Shown here: piece by piece, positions 1-10,670 of the stretch | How the letters are laid out: every line of letters begins with the position of its first letter | Position numbering within the stretch: the first letter of the stretch is position 1 | Origin: Acidobacteriota bacterium | Lineage (GTDB): Bacteria > Acidobacteriota > Vicinamibacteria > Vicinamibacterales > UBA8438 | DNA length: 64,000 bases | Reading direction: 5' to 3' | NCBI GenBank assembly: GCA_009838525.1 | Contig: VXRJ01000019.1 | Coordinates: forward strand, 9,932 to 73,931 | Made by a program: the position numbers and the translations under genes | Notes under the pieces: model-generated | Database searches by the model: none | What the model was told of the DNA's origin: nothing | The model's input: only the letters and a program-made list of their open reading frames with translations

Positions 1-859
1 CGGTGTTGCCGTATTCCAGGCTGAGGTTCGCAAAGCCGGTCCGGCCGAGCGGCAGGCCGACGTTGGCGGCGACGCCGTACTGCCCGCCGTCGCCTGCGCC
101 ATGCAGGCCGGTGTGCAATTCAACGACGCCGCCGATGCGGTCGTCCTTGAGCAACAGATTCAGCACCCCGGCAATGGCGTCCGAGCCGTACTGCGCCGAT
201 GCGCCGTCGCGCAGCACCTCGATTCCCCGCAGCGCGATGGCGGGAATGGTCGAGATGTCGGGGCCCTGCGCCCCGTCGGCCACGCCGCTGCCTTGCCAGT
301 TAATGACCGCCCCACGGTGGCGGCGCTTGCCGTTGACGAGCACCAGCAGATGGTCGGGCGCCAAGCCCCGCAGGCTCGCAGGTCGGACCACCGCGCCAAG
401 ATCGCCGTCCTCCTGCGGGTTGACATGGAAGGACGGAAGGAGGACTCGCAACTGATTGGCCAGATTGAAGTCGCCCCGAACGAAATCGGTGGCCGGGATG
501 ACGTCGATCGGCACGGTCGAGTCTGTGACCGACCGCGGCCGGGCGCGGCTGCCGACGACGACGACTTCCTCGTCGAATTGCGGTGCCGGATCGTCCGGCC
601 CAAGGTGCTCGGCCGGCGCTTCCGGGGCTGTGTTCCGACCCGCTTCGTCCTGTTCGGTCTGCGTGGCGGCCGGTGGCGGCTCGTTCTGCCGGTCCTGCGC
701 CTGCGCGAAGACCTGGACGCAAAGGACCAGCGCCGGCAACAGCCACGCCTTCAGCACTACCGCTGCCGAGGAACGGCCGAGCACCGCAAGGTGAGTCGCC
801 CGGGGGAATCGCGCCCCCGGGCGCTCGCAAGACTGTAGGTCCGCCTCCTCTCGATTCAT
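1..859 (-). CDS. TonB-dependent receptor, N-terminal part (gene runs off the window start)
   Basis: Not in the ORF track because no stop lies in the window. My minus-strand translation gives MNREEADLQSCERP...LKAWLLPALVLCVQVFAQA (signal-like). Plug-domain motifs follow: TDSTVPIDVIPATDF, RPASLRGLAPDHLLVLVNGKRR, IEVLRDGASAQYGSDAIAGVLNLLLKD. ATG at 859; an in-frame alternative GTG lies at 784. Confidence 0.8.
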   Translation of the reverse strand, partial: MNREEADLQSCERPGARFPRATHLAVLGRSSAAVVLKAWLLPALVLCVQVFAQAQDRQNEPPPAATQTEQDEAGRNTAPEAPAEHLGPDDPAPQFDEEVVVVGSRARPRSVTDSTVPIDVIPATDFVRGDFNLANQLRVLLPSFHVNPQEDGDLGAVVRPASLRGLAPDHLLVLVNGKRRHRGAVINWQGSGVADGAQGPDISTIPAIALRGIEVLRDGASAQYGSDAIAGVLNLLLKDDRIGGVVELHTGLHGAGDGGQYGVAANVGLPLGRTGFANLSLEYGNT

Positions 860-983
860 GGGTGTCCCTTCGGCTCACACGAGCGTAGACGTCACTTTCT
901 GCATCGGTGTCGGGCGTGACAACGTCACGGCGCTACGTCGGGGCCCGCCAAGAAATGGGAGTCTTCCCGCCCGCTACGGACTA

Positions 984-2771
984 CTACGGAGCACGATCAC
1001 GCTCCGGCAACGAGAACACAAACAGGTTGTTACCCGTCCCCGGCTGCAACTCCGTCGTCAGGCGGAGGTTGTCCCGCGTGCTGAGCGACGAACCGGTGCT
1101 GATGGCGACGTACTGGATGCCGTCTACGGCGTAGGTGACGGGAAAACCGGTCACCTGCGAGCCGAGGTTGACTTCCCACAGCACCTCGCCAGTCTCGTGG
1201 TCGAAGGCGCGGAAACGGCCGTTGCTGTCGCCGCCGAAGATGAGTCCACCCGCAGTGGCGACCAGCGACGTGGTGCCGGCCCGCTGTTCGTAGAGCCAGG
1301 CGGTCTCGCCGGTGGAGGCGTTGATGGCCCGCACCGTGCCGACCTGATCGGTGCCGGGGGCATGCACGATCCGCTGCGAGAGGTTGTAGAGGCTGCCGTC
1401 CGCCGTCGCCAGCATGCGCGCGCAGGCGTTGCGGAGCGGGAAGTACATCATGTTGGTGATGGGGCTATAGGCGCCGGCTTCCCAATCCTTGCCGCCGGTG
1501 ACGAACGACGGGCAGATGAGCATCTCGTTGTTTTCGCGGGTGAAGATCAGCTCCGGGTTCTCGGTGACGGCTCCAGTCGAGCCGTCGATGTGGGTGATGA
1601 CGTTCTGCGCGGTTGTCGGCGTCGCCCAGAGGAACTCGCCGGTGGCGCGGTCGAGGGTGTAGACCACCCCGGTCTTCCCCGGGATGCCGGTCATCACGCG
1701 GTACGTCTCGCCCCGCCGCAGCCGCGGGTTGATCCACGAGACATGCTCCGGGTCCGGCGTCATCGCCGTGTCGACCAACAGCCGCTCGTACGGATGGTCG
1801 AGATCCCAGTGGTCGTTCAGATGCTGGTAGAACCACTCGATCTCGCCGGTGTCGGCGTTCAGGGCGAGCGTCGAATTGTGGTAGAGGTGCGTGTTGTCGA
1901 CGCCGCCGATCATGAACTTCGGCGCGGGCGACGTGACCGACGTGCCGATGTAGACGAGGTTCAGCTCGGGGTCGTAGCTCGGGACCATCCACGCCCCGAC
2001 ATGCTTCCGTTCCTCGAACGGGACGCCTCCCCAGGTCTCGTCGCCGAATTCACCGGGGCCGGGAATGAGGCGCCGGCGCCACAGCTCCTCGCCCGTCGCG
2101 GCGTCGTGGGCGACGATGACGCAGGCGTGCGGACCGCCCTTCGGGGCGCAGCTCCGGCCGGAGATCACTTTGCCGTCGGCGACGATCGGACCCGACGTCT
2201 GGTTGGCGGGATTGACGGTGTAGTCGAGCACCATCGTCTCCCACGCCACTTCGCCGGTCCGCGCGTCTACGGCGATCACCCAGTCGTCCGACGTGCTGTC
2301 GAACAGGTAAGTGCCGTGGATGGCGATGTTGCGGTTCGTGTCGATCAGACTGCCGATCATGTAATCGGCCAGATCGTCGGGCCGCTGGCGGCGGTGCTCC
2401 CAGATCAGGTCACCGCTCACCGCGTCGATCGCCTGGATGATGTCGCGGGGGTTCGGCATGTACAGAACGCCGTCGTAGACGAGCGGTGTCCCCTGCTGCA
2501 GGCCGGGGCCGAGCGGGCGCGTCCAGACCATGCGGAGGCCGGCGACGTTGTCGCGATCGATCTGGTCGAGGGGACTGAAGCCCCAGGTATTCAGCGTGCG
2601 GCGCCACATTAGCCAATCCTCGGGATCGGGATCCTGGAGCATGGCGTCGGTGACGGGGACGAACTCGCGATCGGCCTGCTGCGCCTGCATGGGCGCGAAG
2701 AGGAACAAGGCGACGGCGAGCGATGCGAGAAACAGGAACACCGGCGTCCGGACGAAGGGCTGGAGCTTCAT
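984..2771 (-). CDS. PQQ-dependent dehydrogenase, methanol/ethanol (quinoprotein ADH) family, secreted
   Basis: 595-aa ORF with signal peptide. DWLMWRRTLNTWGFSPLDQI opening motif and repeated propeller W-motifs typical of quinoprotein alcohol dehydrogenases. No CxxCH. Confidence 0.9.
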   Translation of the reverse strand: MKLQPFVRTPVFLFLASLAVALFLFAPMQAQQADREFVPVTDAMLQDPDPEDWLMWRRTLNTWGFSPLDQIDRDNVAGLRMVWTRPLGPGLQQGTPLVYDGVLYMPNPRDIIQAIDAVSGDLIWEHRRQRPDDLADYMIGSLIDTNRNIAIHGTYLFDSTSDDWVIAVDARTGEVAWETMVLDYTVNPANQTSGPIVADGKVISGRSCAPKGGPHACVIVAHDAATGEELWRRRLIPGPGEFGDETWGGVPFEERKHVGAWMVPSYDPELNLVYIGTSVTSPAPKFMIGGVDNTHLYHNSTLALNADTGEIEWFYQHLNDHWDLDHPYERLLVDTAMTPDPEHVSWINPRLRRGETYRVMTGIPGKTGVVYTLDRATGEFLWATPTTAQNVITHIDGSTGAVTENPELIFTRENNEMLICPSFVTGGKDWEAGAYSPITNMMYFPLRNACARMLATADGSLYNLSQRIVHAPGTDQVGTVRAINASTGETAWLYEQRAGTTSLVATAGGLIFGGDSNGRFRAFDHETGEVLWEVNLGSQVTGFPVTYAVDGIQYVAISTGSSLSTRDNLRLTTELQPGTGNNLFVFSLPERDRAP

Positions 2772-2777
2772 GCGGGC

Positions 2778-2783
2778 AGCTTA
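2778..2783 (-). promoter_or_regulatory. -10-like hexamer TAAGCT, 6 nt upstream of ATG 2771 (leaderless-type)
   Basis: Minus strand reads cccggcTAAGCTgcccgcATG. No SD. Confidence 0.3.
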
Positions 2784-2869
2784 GCCGGGATGCGGGGCGC
2801 GTTCAATCGCCCAGCCGTTCCCCCGACGTCGCCGCCGGCAACCTCGGCCAGCTCTTCCCCGCGCGGTGC

Positions 2870-3223
2870 TCACCCGGCGCGGGTGCCATTCGGGACCGGG
2901 CGCTCCGGGGTCAGGAATGCCGGCTGAAGGCCGTCCTCATACCCGACGTCGAAGAGCATGCCCTCCGAGACTTCCCCCATCATCTTCCTGGGCTTCAGGT
3001 TGATGATGAACAGGGCCTGTCGGCCTTCGATTTCGATCGGATCCTCGCGCTCCTGCTTCATTCCCGCGAAGATCGTCCGCGTGTGGTCACCGAAATCGAC
3101 CGTGAGTCGAACGAGTTTTCTCGAGCCGTCGACCTCGCTGACACGCTCGATCGTGCCGACGCGAGCGTCAACCTGATTGACGATATCGAGCTTTATGGCG
3201 GGCTTCACCGGTGCGGGCTTCAT
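2870..3223 (-). CDS. tRNA-binding OB-fold protein (CsaA/YgjH-like)
   Basis: 117 aa. KLDIVNQVDARVGTIERVSEV...KLVRLTVDFGD...GEVSEGMLF matches the EMAP-II/CsaA tRNA-binding domain. Confidence 0.8.
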   Translation of the reverse strand: MKPAPVKPAIKLDIVNQVDARVGTIERVSEVDGSRKLVRLTVDFGDHTRTIFAGMKQEREDPIEIEGRQALFIINLKPRKMMGEVSEGMLFDVGYEDGLQPAFLTPERPVPNGTRAG

Positions 3224-3267
3224 GGTTTCTACTCGCTTCTTGCAACGTTCGGGGGTGAGCCGCTAGG

Positions 3268-3284
3268 GTAAGCGTTCACTTAAC
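3268..3284. promoter_or_regulatory. Operator-like motif GTAAGCGttCACTTAAC, related to the site upstream of the TetR gene
   Basis: Lies in the 87-nt divergent csaA-like/VOC intergenic region, 26 nt before ATG 3311. Shares the GGTAAGCG half-site and the TAAC end with 9916-9931. Confidence 0.25.
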
Positions 3285-3310
3285 TGTAGCCCGCCCTTAG
3301 GAGAGATCAC

Positions 3311-3793
3311 ATGACGCCTCGTATTCCCAGCACGCTTGTCGCCGCGCTCATCGGCCTCGCGGTGGCGGGAACGGCCAATGCCCAGAGTGGCGCCCCGGCA
3401 TCCGAGATCAGTTTCAGCAGCGTGGCTCTCAACGTGGCCGATATTCCCCGCGCGGAGAAGTTCTACACCGAGGTCTTCGGGCTGGTGCGGACTTTTCAGT
3501 TTCCGCCAGAGGGCGAACCCATCGAAGTCGGCCTGGGACGGCCCGATCAGCCGGGCGGCATGGGCCTGCTGCTAGCGCACTTCAACGACGATCCGCTCCC
3601 CGAGGGAAAGGCGGCCTACGGCCGGATCATCATCTTCACCAGCGACGCGCGAGGGCTGGCGGAGCGGGCGGTGGCCGCCGGGGCGAAGATGCTGAGAGAC
3701 GTCGGGCCGCCGGACGGCCCCGTCATCCTGTTCCTGTCGGACCTGGACGGCTACGAATTCGAGCTGTATCAGCCCGCACCGGGCGGAGAGTAA
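3311..3793 (+). CDS. VOC (glyoxalase/bleomycin-resistance fold) family protein with signal peptide
   Basis: 160 aa with an AGGAGA SD upstream. Signal peptide ...AGTANA. VOC core VALNVADIPRAEKFYTEVFGL...DLDGYEFELYQ. Its stop lies 1 nt before the next ATG. Confidence 0.8.
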   Translation: MTPRIPSTLVAALIGLAVAGTANAQSGAPASEISFSSVALNVADIPRAEKFYTEVFGLVRTFQFPPEGEPIEVGLGRPDQPGGMGLLLAHFNDDPLPEGKAAYGRIIIFTSDARGLAERAVAAGAKMLRDVGPPDGPVILFLSDLDGYEFELYQPAPGGE

Positions 3794-3794
3794 G

Positions 3795-5885
3795 ATGACG
3801 AGGAAGATCGGACGCGCCGCCGCCGCAGCGGCGTTGGCGGCGCTCGTCCTGACGGCCGGTAGCGCACGCGCCCAGTCGAACGGACCCTGGCAGAGCTACG
3901 GCACCGAGAACGGCGAGTGGCGGAGCTACGCCGGCAACATCGCCGGTCAGAAATACTCCCCTCTCGACCAGATAGACGCCGGCAACTTCGGCCAGCTCGA
4001 GATCGCCTGGGAGTGGATGTCGGTCGACCGGCACCTGAGCCGCACCAGCCCCGGAGGCGGTGAGTGGTACGCGCCGCTGGACACGATCGTCGAATCACTC
4101 GTCGCCGATACCCCGAATCTCTACCGGGAACGCCAGTCGCCGAACCCGTCCAGGTTCCAGGCGACGCCGTTGATGATCGACGGCGTGCTCTATTTCAACA
4201 CGCCGCTCTCACAGGGCGTGGCGGTTGATGCCGAGACCGGCGAGACCCTCTGGGTCTTCAATCCGAAGACTTACGAGGAGGGCACTCCGTCCATGTCCGG
4301 CCCCTGGACCCAGCGGGGCGTCGCCTACTGGACCGACGGCGAGAGGGACGAACGGATCTTCTGGGGCACCGGCGCCGGCTACCTCGTCTGTGTCCAGGCG
4401 AGGTCCGGGCGCCCGTGCGCCGATTTCGGGCCGGACGGCAGCGGCATGGTCGACGCCATGGTCGGCATCCCGCGGGTCGACCGGGAGGCGCGCGACTACC
4501 TCAACGCCCTGCTCTACTCGATCAACTCGCCGCCGATCGTCGTGCGCGATCGGGTGATCCACGGCTCCCACATCGCCGACGTGCGCGTCACCAAGGAAGC
4601 CCCCCCGGGGTGGGTGCGGGCGTGGAACGTCCGGACCGGCGAGCACGAATGGGATTTCCATACGGTCCCCAACAGCCCCGACGAGTTCGGGGCCGACACC
4701 TGGCTCAACGAGTCGTGGCGCTATTCGGGCAACGGGAATGTCTGGTCGATGCTGGCCGGCGACAACGAGCTGGGCTACGTGTATCTGCCTACCGGCACCG
4801 TCACCAACGATTACTACGGGGCGGACCGCCTGGGCGACAACCTGTTCTCGGAGTCGATAATCGCCGTCGACATCGAGACCGGACAACGGGTCTGGCATTT
4901 CCAGGCGGTGCACCACGGCCTGTGGGACTGGGATTTCCCCACCCATCCCAACCTGATCGACATCACCGTCGACGGTCGCGACATTCCGGCCCTGGCCCAG
5001 GTGAGCAAGCAGGGCTTCACCTACGTGTTCGACCGGGTCACCGGCGACCCGGTCTGGCCGATCGAGGAACGCCCGGTCCCACAGGAAACCAACCTCCCGG
5101 GCGAGGTGCCGTCGCCGACGCAGCCCTTCCCCACCAAGCCTCCGCCGTTCGAGTATCAGGGCGTGACCATCGACGATCTGATCGATTTCACCCCGGAAGT
5201 CCGGGAGATGGCGCTCGAGGCGGTGAGCGAGTTCACGCTCGGCCCCATCTTCACGCCGCCGCTGCAAATCGTCGAGGGGGTGACGCAGGGCACAATCCAG
5301 CGACCCGCGATCGACGGGGGCGCCAACTGGGGCGGCGCCGGCGTCGACCCGGAGACCGGCGTCCTCTACGTGCCCTCGAACAACCGCTCCTCGGTGCTGC
5401 ACTTCTACACGCCGGACCCGTCGACCACCGGCGCCACCATGGCCATCACGCAGGCGGCCTTCGGCAGCGGACGCCAGCCGGCGATGCCCCAGGGGCTGCC
5501 CCTGTTCAAGCCGCCGTATTCCCGGATGACCGCGGTGGATCTGAACGCCGGCGACATCGCCTGGATGCAGCCGAACGGCGACGGGAACCGAATTCGGAAC
5601 CACCCGATGCTGCGCGACCTCGACCTCCCGCCGCTGGGCGGCGACGGTCGGGGCGGGCCGCTGGTGACGAAAACCCTGCTCATCAGCGCGCTGACGGCGG
5701 GCGGCACGGATGACGGTCCCCGGCTGGTCGCGCGCGACAAGGCGACGGGACAGATCGTCGGGTCGGTCGACCTGCCCACCGGCGCGATTGGGACCCCGAT
5801 GACCTACCTGGTCGACGGGCGCCAGCACATCGCCCTGACCGTGGGCGCGGGCCCGCGCCTGATAGCGTTCGCCCTGCCTGAGTAG
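3795..5885 (+). CDS. PQQ-dependent beta-propeller dehydrogenase (soluble glucose/quinate-like type), secreted
   Basis: 696 aa with signal peptide. WRSYAGNIAGQKYSPLDQI, AVHHGLWDWDFP and GANWGGAG motifs of quinoprotein dehydrogenases. Confidence 0.9.
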   Translation: MTRKIGRAAAAAALAALVLTAGSARAQSNGPWQSYGTENGEWRSYAGNIAGQKYSPLDQIDAGNFGQLEIAWEWMSVDRHLSRTSPGGGEWYAPLDTIVESLVADTPNLYRERQSPNPSRFQATPLMIDGVLYFNTPLSQGVAVDAETGETLWVFNPKTYEEGTPSMSGPWTQRGVAYWTDGERDERIFWGTGAGYLVCVQARSGRPCADFGPDGSGMVDAMVGIPRVDREARDYLNALLYSINSPPIVVRDRVIHGSHIADVRVTKEAPPGWVRAWNVRTGEHEWDFHTVPNSPDEFGADTWLNESWRYSGNGNVWSMLAGDNELGYVYLPTGTVTNDYYGADRLGDNLFSESIIAVDIETGQRVWHFQAVHHGLWDWDFPTHPNLIDITVDGRDIPALAQVSKQGFTYVFDRVTGDPVWPIEERPVPQETNLPGEVPSPTQPFPTKPPPFEYQGVTIDDLIDFTPEVREMALEAVSEFTLGPIFTPPLQIVEGVTQGTIQRPAIDGGANWGGAGVDPETGVLYVPSNNRSSVLHFYTPDPSTTGATMAITQAAFGSGRQPAMPQGLPLFKPPYSRMTAVDLNAGDIAWMQPNGDGNRIRNHPMLRDLDLPPLGGDGRGGPLVTKTLLISALTAGGTDDGPRLVARDKATGQIVGSVDLPTGAIGTPMTYLVDGRQHIALTVGAGPRLIAFALPE

Positions 5886-5932
5886 GAAGGCCGTTCTCCA
5901 GGAATCGGCGGCCGGCCAGCGGAAGTCGACCG

Positions 5933-6112
5933 TCAGGCCTGCCGACGATCTGCAAGAAGGATGTTGTCGATCCGCGTATTCACGTCTCGAATCTGCGCCC
6001 GTACGTCACCGAGCTGCGTGGTCAGATCACGTCGCACACCTTCGACCATCCGCCACACGCCAAGTAGAACCGCAGCACCGGTCAAAACGGTGGCGACCAC
6101 GTCCAGGCCCAT
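5933..6112 (-). CDS. Possible small membrane protein (59 aa), hypothetical
   Basis: Below the track length cutoff. My translation: MGLDVVATVLTGAAVLLGVWRMVEGVRRDLTTQLGDVRAQIRDVNTRIDNILLADRRQA. One TM segment plus an amphipathic tail. No homology recognised. Confidence 0.25.
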   Translation of the reverse strand: MGLDVVATVLTGAAVLLGVWRMVEGVRRDLTTQLGDVRAQIRDVNTRIDNILLADRRQA

Positions 6113-6135
6113 GTCTCCATTCTATTCCAGAGTTG

Positions 6136-6222
6136 TGCCGAGGGTGGGGGTTGAACCCACACGGCCCCTGGGGGCCACAGGATTTTAAGTCCCGTGCGTC
6201 TGCCTGATTCCGCCACCTCGGC
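6136..6222 (-). tRNA. tRNA-Leu (anticodon UAA), type II with long variable arm
   Basis: Minus strand: GCCGAGG acceptor pairs with CCTCGGC, discriminator A. Anticodon stem CGGGA/TCCTG with loop CTTAAAA. Variable-arm hairpin GGCCCC/GGGGCC. T-arm GTGGG-TTCAACC-CCCAC. No encoded CCA. Confidence 0.9.
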
Positions 6223-6233
6223 ACATGATTCGT

Positions 6234-6583
6234 TCAGTGGGTCTGCGTGCTCCCCTGCGCGTTGGCGAGAACGCGGCTGATGGTGGCCGTCAGCGTCTCC
6301 GCGTCGGCGTCGAAGGGTCCGGCCACCACCGCGCCGCTCGGGATCTCGATGAAGATGGCGACGCCGCCCTCTACCTCGTTGACGATCCAACTGAAGCCGT
6401 GCAGCGTGACGGTTCGCTCTTCCGCCCCATCGGGCTGCTGCACCGCGTCGAACGCGCCGAGGGTCGACTCCAGCACGCGGCGGACGTCGTCGTCCGCCCA
6501 GGCGAGCGGCTCGGGGCCGTCGAACTCCACCTGGCGCTCGACCACCTCGTCCTGCCCCTTCAGGAGCACTTCCACCATGAACT

Positions 6584-6587
<4 letters not shown>
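6234..6587 (-). CDS. Hypothetical acidic 117-aa protein, translationally coupled to the upstream thioredoxin-domain gene
   Basis: Internal start [16 protein letters not shown]... of track ORF 6234..6797. Its ATG overlaps the stop of the upstream gene (ATGA). No family recognised. Confidence 0.6.
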
Positions 6588-8827
<2,240 letters not shown>

Positions 8828-8865
8828 CGGGTAATGGGGGTGTCTCGTGCACCGGGTAGACGTCC

Positions 8866-8871
8866 ATTATA
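8866..8871 (-). promoter_or_regulatory. Perfect TATAAT -10 box, 38 nt upstream of ATG 8827
   Basis: Minus strand reads gcgcccTATAATggacg. No convincing -35. Confidence 0.3.
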
Positions 8872-8907
8872 GGGCGCGCACCGTGCGGGCCGACTCCGCG
8901 CGGCGCG

Positions 8908-9846
8908 TCAGCGACCCTCGTACAGATACCCGATGATGGGCCGCACCGACTGCCCCGTGACCGAGTACTCCTCGAGATCGTCCGGGAGCGCGTAGGCGGC
9001 CGCCGCCTCGTCGGCGGAACGTCCCGCCGCTCGGCTTCGCTGCGCCTGATCGACGAGGTCGTTGTAGAACCGCGCGTAGTCCTCCAGATCGCTCCACACC
9101 AGCGGCGTGTGCCAGTGCCCCGTAATGATCGTGTCGACGTCGGGCACGTTGGCGAGCACCTTGTTCAACGTCTGCCCGAACTCGCTGGCGCTGCCGCCGT
9201 TGCCGTTCTGCGCGTCGATGAACGGCGCGAACTTCCCGAGGAACATGTCCCCGGTGTGCATCGCGCGCGACTCGCGGAAGACGATGAACGTATCGCCGTC
9301 GGTGTGCCCCGGGCCGAAATGGTAGAGGTCGATGGCGTCCGCGCCGCTGAACAGCGTCAGGCGGTCCGAAAAGGTGGTCGACGGGAGGTACTTCGCGTTC
9401 TCGCCCTGGAAGTCGTCGCAGTTGGTCGGCACCGGCTGGCAGTCGTCGCGGGCCATGGCGCGCCGGATGTTCTCGTGCGCGACGAATTCCACCGTGTCCG
9501 GGAACTCGGTGTTGCTGCCGGAATGGTCGAAGTGGGTGTGCGTGTTGATGATGTGGGTCACCGGCCGGTCCGTGACGCGCCGCACCTCCGCCATGATCGC
9601 CTCGCCGTAGCCCTCCAGCTTGGTATCGACCAGCACGACGCCGGAGTCAGCCACGAACAGCGCCGTATTGCCGCCGGTCCGCATTCCCTCGCCGGCGTCC
9701 CCTTCCGATCCGAGCATCCAGAGGTTGTCGGTCACCCGGATCGTCTCGATCGCGGGTCTCTCTTCCTGTGCCTCGAACGCCGCCACGGTCAGCGTCATTC
9801 CGACGCCCGCCGTCACCAGCCCCGCCAGGCAGATCACACGCAACAT
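8908..9846 (-). CDS. MBL-fold metallo-hydrolase, secreted
   Basis: 312 aa with signal peptide. Canonical HxHxDH (INTHTHFDHSG). AGGAGGGA SD. Paralogous to the partial gene at 63500-64000. Confidence 0.85.
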   Translation of the reverse strand: MLRVICLAGLVTAGVGMTLTVAAFEAQEERPAIETIRVTDNLWMLGSEGDAGEGMRTGGNTALFVADSGVVLVDTKLEGYGEAIMAEVRRVTDRPVTHIINTHTHFDHSGSNTEFPDTVEFVAHENIRRAMARDDCQPVPTNCDDFQGENAKYLPSTTFSDRLTLFSGADAIDLYHFGPGHTDGDTFIVFRESRAMHTGDMFLGKFAPFIDAQNGNGGSASEFGQTLNKVLANVPDVDTIITGHWHTPLVWSDLEDYARFYNDLVDQAQRSRAAGRSADEAAAAYALPDDLEEYSVTGQSVRPIIGYLYEGR

Positions 9847-9878
9847 CGCACTCCCTCCTGCGCGACCAATCGCACTGT

Positions 9879-9887
9879 TGCTAGAAT
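9879..9887 (+). promoter_or_regulatory. Extended -10 promoter element TGcTAGAAT for the TetR gene
   Basis: cactgtTGcTAGAATctcc lies in the 86-nt divergent MBL/TetR intergenic region, about 45 nt upstream of ATG 9933. Confidence 0.35.
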
Positions 9888-9915
9888 CTCCTCGGCCCCT
9901 CGCGGCCCCGTTTAG

Positions 9916-9931
9916 GTAAGCGAACGCTAAC
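9916..9931. promoter_or_regulatory. Candidate TetR operator, imperfect 7-2-7 inverted repeat GTAAGCGaaCGCTAAC
   Basis: Ends 1 nt before ATG 9933. One mismatch between the half-sites. Confidence 0.35.
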
Positions 9932-9932
9932 T

Positions 9933-10601
9933 ATGGGCGATTCTGTCACAGCACGGAAGCCGAAACAAACGGCGCGGCGCCGGGCGCGGCCGGCACGCGT
10001 CCGCCTGTCTGCGGCGGAGCGGCGCGCCCAGTTGATAGACGTCGCGATTCCGCTGTTCGGCGAGCACGGTTTCGCGGGCACGACCACCAAGGCGATCGCC
10101 CGGGCGGCCGGCGTCAGCGAAGCGATCATCTTCCGCCACTTCCAGTCGAAGGAAGAGCTGTACGCGGCCGCCTTCGACCGGTGGCGCGGAAAGAACACGG
10201 ACCAGTTCGTGGACATCCTGCAGGGTTACGCGGACCGCGGAGACGACCTGGAACTGCTGAGAACCCTCTATACCGTGATGCTCCAGGGGTATGAAAAGGA
10301 CCGCGCGTTGCACCGCATGGTGCTGTACGCCGGTCTCGAACGGGGCACGTCCGGCCACGGCCAGATCACGGACAAGATGCAACACATGCCGGTCTACGAT
10401 TTCCTCGAACGGTACATTCTGCAACGCCAGGAGGAGGGCGCGTTCCGGCCCGGCGACCCGTATCTGATCGCGACCGCGGTGTTGGGGTTGCCGCAGTCAC
10501 ACGCCCTGTGGACCAAGCTCTCGGCATTGCCGTCCGCACACTCCGACCACGTGGTCGCCGACCTCTACGCGCGGATGCTCCTCCAGGGGCTCCGCGCCTG
10601 A
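9933..10601 (+). CDS. TetR/AcrR family transcriptional regulator
   Basis: 222 aa. N-terminal HTH ERRAQLIDVAIPLFGEHGFAGTTTKAIARAAGVSEAIIFRHFQSKEELY. Confidence 0.9.
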   Translation: MGDSVTARKPKQTARRRARPARVRLSAAERRAQLIDVAIPLFGEHGFAGTTTKAIARAAGVSEAIIFRHFQSKEELYAAAFDRWRGKNTDQFVDILQGYADRGDDLELLRTLYTVMLQGYEKDRALHRMVLYAGLERGTSGHGQITDKMQHMPVYDFLERYILQRQEEGAFRPGDPYLIATAVLGLPQSHALWTKLSALPSAHSDHVVADLYARMLLQGLRA

Positions 10602-10670
10602 GCTGAGCCGGATTCGCCCGGGGATTCATCCGCCTGCACCGGGTAGCGGCCCGGTCCCGCGGGGCCGCCG

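Noticed and set aside
858-2612. 584-aa plus-strand ORF antisense to the PQQ dehydrogenase gene.
   Set aside because: Its composition is Arg/Gly/Ala/Val-rich with no recognisable motifs, while the opposite strand encodes an unmistakable quinoprotein. It is a typical high-GC shadow ORF.
4209-5828. 539-aa minus-strand ORF, and a 432-aa plus-strand out-of-frame ORF (4415-5713), inside the second PQQ dehydrogenase gene.
   Set aside because: Both give low-complexity Arg/Pro/Gly translations and overlap a well-supported gene completely.
6136-6222. Possibility that the tRNA marks a genomic island or prophage integration site.
   Set aside because: There is no integrase, no duplicated tRNA 3' fragment and no phage or mobile gene within the flanks I can see.
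5961-6224. Track ORFs 5961-6188 (+) and 6027-6224 (-), which overlap the tRNA.
   Set aside because: They overlap a canonical tRNA-Leu cloverleaf and have no protein-like features.
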